Assembly (NCBI GenBank): GCA_964247055.1 | Contig: OZ176050.1 | Location: 4,898,001-4,962,000, forward strand | Direction: 5' to 3' | Source of the DNA: Paragordius varius | Taxonomy: Eukaryota; Animalia; Nematomorpha | Length of the DNA stretch: 64,000 nucleotides | Shown here: one piece after another, positions 57,901-64,000 of the stretch | Layout: every line of letters begins with the position of its first letter | Position numbering within the stretch: position 1 is the first letter of the stretch | The notes under the pieces: model-generated | Told to the model about the DNA's origin: nothing | Databases searched by the model: none | The model's input: the letters and a program-made list of their open reading frames with translations, nothing else | Translations under genes and position numbers: made by a program

Positions 57901-58990
57901 TTATTAACAATCGAGCATTTTTATACTTAAAAAGAGATTTGTTATAGATCGGACACAGAAAACTTAAGCTACAATGAATACTTGAGGAAAATGATAACTG
58001 AAAGCGGGAAATACAAATCACTAATTTTTGGGAGAGATTATCGCGTTACTACGGATATTTATTCCAAGAAAAAACCATGGAACGATGATGATATGGTGGC
58101 TAATGTAATAAACCATTACTTTCAATCGGATGACTAGTAAAAATGTCTTTTAAAACAATTTCAATAAATTTTTAAACGATTAATATTTATACCCGCGATG
58201 GTTTAATAAATTTATAGGCAAAAACAATTAAATTAATGGTTTTTGGTATAATGAATGATTTTAACCTATAAAAAACTATATTTACGTAATTTAATTTTTC
58301 ATATTTAGCAAAAAATTACAAAATCTTCGGAGAGATAGATTGGCAAGTAGGGATGGTTCCCACAGAGAGTTAGCATATAAAAGGTTTTGAAAAACATTTA
58401 ATCAATATAATAATAATCAAAATTAGAAATATTTTTGTCGAAGACGATCATATTTTCAGTCGGCCATGGCCTTCCAACAAACCTGTTGTAGAGATCAAAA
58501 AAACCAAAAGTAAGTTTTTTATATAATTATTTTAGACCTGACGCCCATTACAAGTAATTTGAGCAAAGAAGAAAAGGTAGTGGAAAAAAGTGTATCAAAG
58601 TTAAACACTAAACTGGCTAAATCGGATAGTAATTTAGTGTATATATGGAGAAAAGATGTAGAAACGTATAAAATTGTTTAAATCACATATAGCGTTAATT
58701 CGCAACCCATAATCAAACGGCTTGTTTCTAAAGACACTTTGATTAAAGGAAACAGTAAAATTAACCTTATGAACGCTGAAAACCAAAACTTACTGCAAAT
58801 AAACTTAAACAATATGAAACCAGAAAAGAAATCGCAAACTAATTTACAAAAAAATAATCGAGAAAAAGAGTGTTTAGTTGATTGCTCTTGTCAAAATTAT
58901 GACCATTTACTTAAACTTTATCTCATAACGCTAACATCTGATTACAGTGATAAAATACCATGGCTTTTGTGGCAACATAATAATAAATGA
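54906..58990 (+). CDS. Uncharacterised Lys/Ser-rich protein with seven S(D/E)(Y/F)xxKRNALLQKLxG repeats; 5' and 3' exons tentative
   Basis: A long open exon (55792-~57263) carries the repeats. Upstream exons 54906-55023 and 55053-55147 join through a 29-nt intron and a phase-0 intron. Downstream candidate exons (57416-, 57948-, 58309-, 58460-, 58536-) are only partly resolved. Confidence 0.6.
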
Positions 58991-59091
58991 AATTAAAATG
59001 ATTGTTTGATAGAAATCTATATGGTAGTAATATAAAATAATGGTTTAATATTCGTATTATTCGATACAGCAATAATTGAATTTATTTAAAG

Positions 59092-59340
59092 CAGGGGTGT
59101 CCAACACAAATGGGTTCGCGGCTCACACAAAAACACGGCGGGCCGCATTTGAAATATATACAGGGATTCATAAATAGATTATTAGATCTAAAACATAAGA
59201 CTGTAAAATGCAAACACAATTAAACAGTTATTTCTACTTTGTTGTTTATCGGACAGATTTATAAAAAATTCGTTTGTATCAATTTTACTAAGATTAGTGA
59301 TCTTATTTTCCCAAGTCGCACTTTTTTCGTGGGCCGCACA
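59092..59340. mobile_element. Truncated hAT-type MITE remnant
   Basis: Begins CAGGGGTGTCCAAC and has gcgggccgca / gtgggccgca subterminal motifs. The right TIR and TSD were not found. Confidence 0.5.
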
Positions 59341-59825
59341 AAGAGTTTTGGTTTAATATCTCATGACCAATCTTTTACAAATGTTTTCCTAAGATAACTG
59401 GTATGTCAAGACTGGTTATATTGGCTAATCAAAGGAATAAAAACTCATGAGCTGATCTCATATCTCAAAATTTAGCACAAATAAAGGTTATTATAAATTT
59501 TTCAGAGTAATAACATTCATTGCTCACATTTTAAATATATTTTCAGGATAATGACATTCATTATTCACATTATAGCAGGAGACATTTAAAAATTCTTAAC
59601 TTTTACATAATTTTGTAGCGCGGAAAAAAAATATATAGATTTATAAAACTTTTTTCACACATATTTGGGCTTTTAAAATGATCCAAATTAAACATATCCT
59701 TTCTTAAAATATAATTAAACTAATTCAAATAAAAAGTCCAAAATATAAATACTTAAATACGTGGGAGTATAAAGATTAGTTCAAAAAATAATGAATGAAG
59801 CATATTTATTAGAATTATATTCAAT

Positions 59826-61103
59826 TTAAAATGGTATAGATTTATATGCTGCAAGTAATTTGGCAGATCGAGACCTTGGATTGGCATGTATTTCGGCTCC
59901 AGTCGGCACTATAACATGTTTATTGTAGAGTGTCCAACCGGAATTCGGTGTTTCAAAATGCCTTTTAACAATTTTTTCTTCCAAAGAATGAAATGTTATA
60001 ATGATTAACAAAGGTGGATTTGATGCTACAAGCCCTTCCAATTGAGAAAATTGTTTGGAATATGTGAGAGGATTGGGAGGGATAATGTTAGGTTTAGATT
60101 TATTTTCGTAAAAACTGTAGGGTAGACTTTTCATTGGTCGATATTGCGTATTCTGATTCGATTGTGGAGGTTTGAGGTAGTCTTGGAGTTTTGGAATAGT
60201 AATGTTTAACTGGTTCAATTCATCGTTGACAAATATGCGTAGTGCTTGAAACGTTTTAGTGGCCACGTGTGTTAATCGTCCTAATTTGTCTTTCCGCAGT
60301 GCCTTTTTGAACTTTATCACTGTTATTATGTATGCATGGTAAAGATAAAACACACTTTTTTGGAAATAAATATTGCAACGTAATACTTACAATCGGGATC
60401 ATATTTTAGGAAGGCATTTTGAACTGTAGTTTTCAGGTCATAGGTGGTAGCTATAGGTTTGATTTGTCTGGCATTCACAATATTTTTGGCTATTAATTCA
60501 CAATTATGTTCATCGCCATATTTATCCAATATTTCTGCGATTTCGTGCTCCGTTCCATAGTTTACAACATCATAGGCTGTAATTGAATTCCTAGGTATGT
60601 ATCAAAAAGTAAAACTTGTTAGCGTCCATTCTCATATTTAAGTCCCCATCTTTACTTAAAGCAAATCCTCTGGAATCATCATCCATTTGCATAGATGAAG
60701 CACCCAAATCCATAATAATACCATCAAACATTTGATTAGGCAAAACGGAACCAATAGAAGAAAACTCGGTATTGTAAAATGTAATATTATCTTTATAAAT
60801 ATAAATCATTGAATATTACGTTTGAGATTTAGCTCATTAAAATAATTATATGATAACGGATCTCTATCAAAGGCAACAATCTTACCCGCTTTATTTTCAC
60901 AAAGATGTTTTGAATGATTTCCAGCTCCAAACGTTAAATCCAAAAATGTCTAATATCATTTTCATCATTAACCTTAGCAAGACATGGTTGAAGTAAGTGT
61001 AAAACCTCTTCGTAAAGTACAGGACAATGCGAAAACCTCATGACTAACCAAATTTTGAAATTAGCCTCAAATTACATATGAAACATGTTGTTGATCGATA
61101 CAT
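59826..61103 (-). CDS. METTL15: Mitochondrial rRNA m4C methyltransferase METTL15/RsmH
   Basis: [40 protein letters not shown]...RGF...[47 protein letters not shown]. Introns are 23, 29, 25 and 71 nt. A tentative 28-nt first exon (ATG 61103, 32-nt intron) gives a presequence-like [10 protein letters not shown]; otherwise the start is 61041. Confidence 0.92.
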
Positions 61104-61115
61104 TCATACTGCCTT

Positions 61116-61518
61116 ATGAATACAAATAAAGAAATTAAGATACAGACAGGCGTTGTTAAAAGGTTCATTTCTAAATAATATAGATGTGCCAAAGATGTTT
61201 TGTGTTATGAAAAGGAATATGAAACCGAACTGCAGAATATTTCGAACATGAAAGATGAAAACACTGATGAATACATTATAAAAAAGAAAGTATTAATAAA
61301 GTTAATTTCAGGAAGACGTTTTACAAGAAACAAAATGTATGATAACAAGATCCAAATCTAATTTTGATACCGCATACGATACCCTAAAAAATCTTTTAGT
61401 ATCGTCTATTATAATTTAGGCAAAAAATTACGTCGAATCCAACCAAGATGAAACAGTGAAAGACGCAATTGCCACACTGAAAACCTATCAAAATCTCTCT
61501 AACAAATGTTATAATTGA
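61116..61518 (+). CDS. TBCA: Tubulin-specific chaperone A, 4 exons (61116-61162, 61184-61289, 61312-61398, 61420-61518), 112 aa; absent from ORF track
   Basis: Spliced product MNTNKEIKIQTGVVKRCAKDVLCYEKEYETELQNISNMKDENTDEYIIKKKEDVLQETKCMITRSKSNFDTAYDTLKNLL... aligns by eye to TBCA (IKIKTGVVKRL.KE..MYEKE, YDIKKQ.EILQES.MMI). Introns are 21, 22 and 21 nt. Confidence 0.93.
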
Positions 61519-61562
61519 TAGCTTTATTTATATATATAATAAATAATTTACACATAAATATA

Positions 61563-63176
61563 TTAAACGTTTTCATAAGATTTAAATCCATTCCTCAGGC
61601 TAAGTAGTTGTCTGGAGACGTATTGCGGACGAAGCAATAACATCATGAGCAAAAGTATAGTTAAGGTCAATATTACGAAAAGCATAAATCGAGTCAAAGG
61701 GCTACTTGGTATATTATCCACTTTATGACCCTCAGGGATAATGGGTAAAAACATTGGATGATTTCCCCGTTTAATTAATCGGTTCCCTGACAAAAATTTG
61801 GTGTGAGAAAGGGTAGAGTTTAATAATGGTTGATTGCCCATTACAATATCTATTATGGCATTGATAACATCCATGTTGTAAAGTATGTGGACATGCTCAA
61901 CCCCAGGAAAAACTATTTGAGAGACACTTTGTTGGCTATAATTTTTAGCTGAATTATGAGTGGTATCAAAGTTTTTACATGCTTCAAGGCTTCGTAAATT
62001 AACACTACCATCCCCATCACCATAAACCATAGCCGGTTGACTATCTGGCCACTTATGAGTTTTAGCGTCCCAAGCCAATTGTTCAGGGGTCATAACCTTG
62101 GTTCCATACATGCAATACAATTTAACCCCAAGTGAAGGATTGTTTTTCAATGGCCCAATTTTGGACGATGGTAAATATATGAGATCACGATTATCAAGCC
62201 ACATGGAGTAAACATCGGGTAAATCAAGTGCAAGAAACAGCTCTTTTAAAGTGCTGAGAGAATAATTTTTGTTTGGAGAATAGACTAGGAGTTCTTCATC
62301 ATTCCACAATTCTTTTCGAGGAAGGAGCCAGGCTAAACTGGGATACGTACGTTGACCATCCCGTATTTTTAACGCATTCAATGGGTAAGCATCCAAATTG
62401 TCACCTGAGATGTACATTTTTAGTGCTTTGACAGTCCCGGCCCAAGGTGCTGACAACGATATGAAAGAGTGAATATATTTATCTTTCCACGTTTGAGATT
62501 GTAGTTGGAGAAAATATTTGGCATACAAACAACCCATACTGTGACACAATAAAATAACCGGCTTCAATAAATCACCATGCATATCTTCAACCAAAATCTT
62601 CATGTCATTAAGCATTTTCATATTTTCAACTATAAAATACTAAATTTATATATACGCGGAGTTTTCCTGAAATCATAAGGGGCACCACGGATACTTTTGT
62701 CACGGACAAGACCTATTTTTACCAAAGAATCTGCAATGTAAGCAAAATATTTGCCTATAAGTTAAACAACAAGTAAAACTTATAGATCGTTTATTAGGAT
62801 CCAACCATTCAACAGATGATGTGTTGCCAAAACCAGGGACGCGAATATCCACCCCATCATTGTTTCGCGTTGTATGAGAAACATTATCATAGACCAATCT
62901 AAAATTAAAAATTAAGATTACTCAACGTTTGATACCCAACAATCAATAAAGTATGGAATCAGTAATTCAAGATTCAACCATATATTGTACCAATCTGTCG
63001 TACGTTTATAGCAAAGGAGCCTGGGTGTATCATTTCTGTTTAATCGAGCTTCCATATGACTCCCTCCATCGCCCGGAACTATAATATTATAGTTATAAAA
63101 GAATTAAACTTAATAAAACCGGGTATTGACCATACACTAGTGATAGAAGACTAAAAAATAAAAGAGTCCTTTTCAT
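61563..63176 (-). CDS. PLA2G15: Lysosomal phospholipase A2 / LCAT-family acyltransferase, 5 exons, ~502 aa, with C-terminal hydrophobic helix
   Basis: Signal peptide MKRTLLFFSLLSLVYG, PVLLIPGDGGSHMEARL, IWLNLELL...DCW, GVDIRVPGFG.T.SVEWLDP, RGAPYDFRK, nucleophile CHSMG, SLSAPWAG, GDGDGSVNLRSL, VEH. Introns are 31, 23, 25 and 26 nt. PLA2G15 versus LCAT orthology is not resolvable by eye. Confidence 0.88.
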
Positions 63177-63243
63177 AATGATAAAACATAGAGCAGCTGA
63201 TGATCGGCTTAGAACATGAATGTTGGCGCATAACGAATGAATC

Positions 63244-64000
63244 ATGACGAATTGGACCAAATACGGGATATTATTGGCCATTGCGATGGTTATTACAGGG
63301 GCAATAAATACTTTATCAACAAAGTTTTTAATTACGTAATTTAAAGGTGGGCAGATATGATAGTGTCAAAAGGATACAATAATAATCCCCACACATTTAA
63401 CCATCCATTTATTCAAGTTATATCTCTTTAATATTTGCACGATTTTGTGTATGATATTTTCAAATGGTTTTATATTATATATTTTACTATTGATTTTAAA
63501 AACCAGTTCCTAAAGTTTCTGAACATACTTAATGTATATTTATTTTGTTCAAATTCAACAATTTTCATAAGTCATTCTCTTTCAACCTTCAATCTAATAA
63601 TCACACTCAACATTTTATTTATCAAAATACTAGCATTTTTAACGTTTTCAATCATATTTATTCCGTTAAAATTGAATTTTTAGTTTTCCTTATTTTTTGA
63701 ATTTTTAAGGGATATAGTTTTTAGTTAAAACTATTTTGGAACGCATGAGATTTTCAAAAAATAGGATTCAGCCATTATGGATGCTTATTAAACATTTGAA
63801 TAATTATTTTTTGTTAGTTTAAAAAATTTAATTTAAGGAAAGTGTAGAGAATTAAGACATATATTAGTGACAACTTTATAATATTTCTTTTATAATCTAG
63901 TCGTGTGGCATGTTTTTGGGCGAAATGCTATGCATAGTAACGTATAAAATTATGCGGTTATACCAAATACGACAAAACCGTAACCGAGAAATCAATCCAA
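63244..64000 (+). CDS. SLC35F6: Solute carrier SLC35F6 (TANGO9/C2orf18), 5' partial: exons 63244-63323, 63347-63416, 63901-window end; absent from ORF track
   Basis: MTNWTKYGILLAIAMVITGAINTLSTK|WADMIVSKGYNNNPHTFNHPFIQ|SCGMFLGEMLCIV matches the recalled SLC35F6 N-terminus (MAWTKYQLFLA..TGSINTLSAKWAD...FQHPFLQAVGMFLGE). Introns are 23 and 484 nt. Confidence 0.9.

Noticed and set aside
16339-63281. Antisense or alternate-frame ORFs overlapping real exons (e.g. 16339, 17366, 19161, 22700, 24419, 27396, 41665, 46097, 56022, 56325, 56789, 57006)
   Set aside because: They are shadow frames of genuine coding sequence, with no independent evidence.

Overview
Strongly AT-rich, intron-containing animal genomic DNA: it has a Tlx homeobox gene and an ADAM10/17-type protease, and all reconstructed exons read in the standard code. 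I find no rRNA, bona fide tRNA or CRISPR array. I reconstruct 12 host genes by hand: BCCIP(+), DHX15/PRP43(-), VPS51(+), CHMP7(-), MMS19(+), a disintegrin-less ADAM-type protease(-), Tlx(+), an orphan 7-repeat protein(+), METTL15(-), TBCA(+), PLA2G15/LCAT-like(-) and the 5' part of SLC35F6(+). TBCA and SLC35F6 have no coding ORF in the supplied track, and BCCIP is only partly there, because 21-31 nt GT-AG micro-introns break them up. The most striking feature is the architecture. (i) 20 homology-supported micro-introns sit in the first ~520 nt of genes, while downstream introns are ~70 nt or 170-3900 nt and carry transposons. (ii) Four head-to-head gene pairs have start codons only 37, 25, 12 (or 74) and 67 nt apart. 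(iii) Strands alternate almost perfectly, with 44-170 nt tail-to-tail gaps at four of the five convergent junctions. Mobile DNA includes an intact Penelope-like element (RT + GIY-YIG, pLTRs, inverted arm, 12-bp TSD, hammerhead-like core with a U3-A8 covariation) in CHMP7 intron 3, a hAT derivative and a hAT MITE with 8-bp TSDs, a decayed mariner, LINE remnants, a tRNA-derived SINE and a foldback-like MITE family. Tlx lies in a gene-poor region (~31-55 kb). Gene names come from recalled sequence motifs, not database searches. Splice sites are inferred from reading-frame continuity, not RNA data. The organism cannot be identified from this window.
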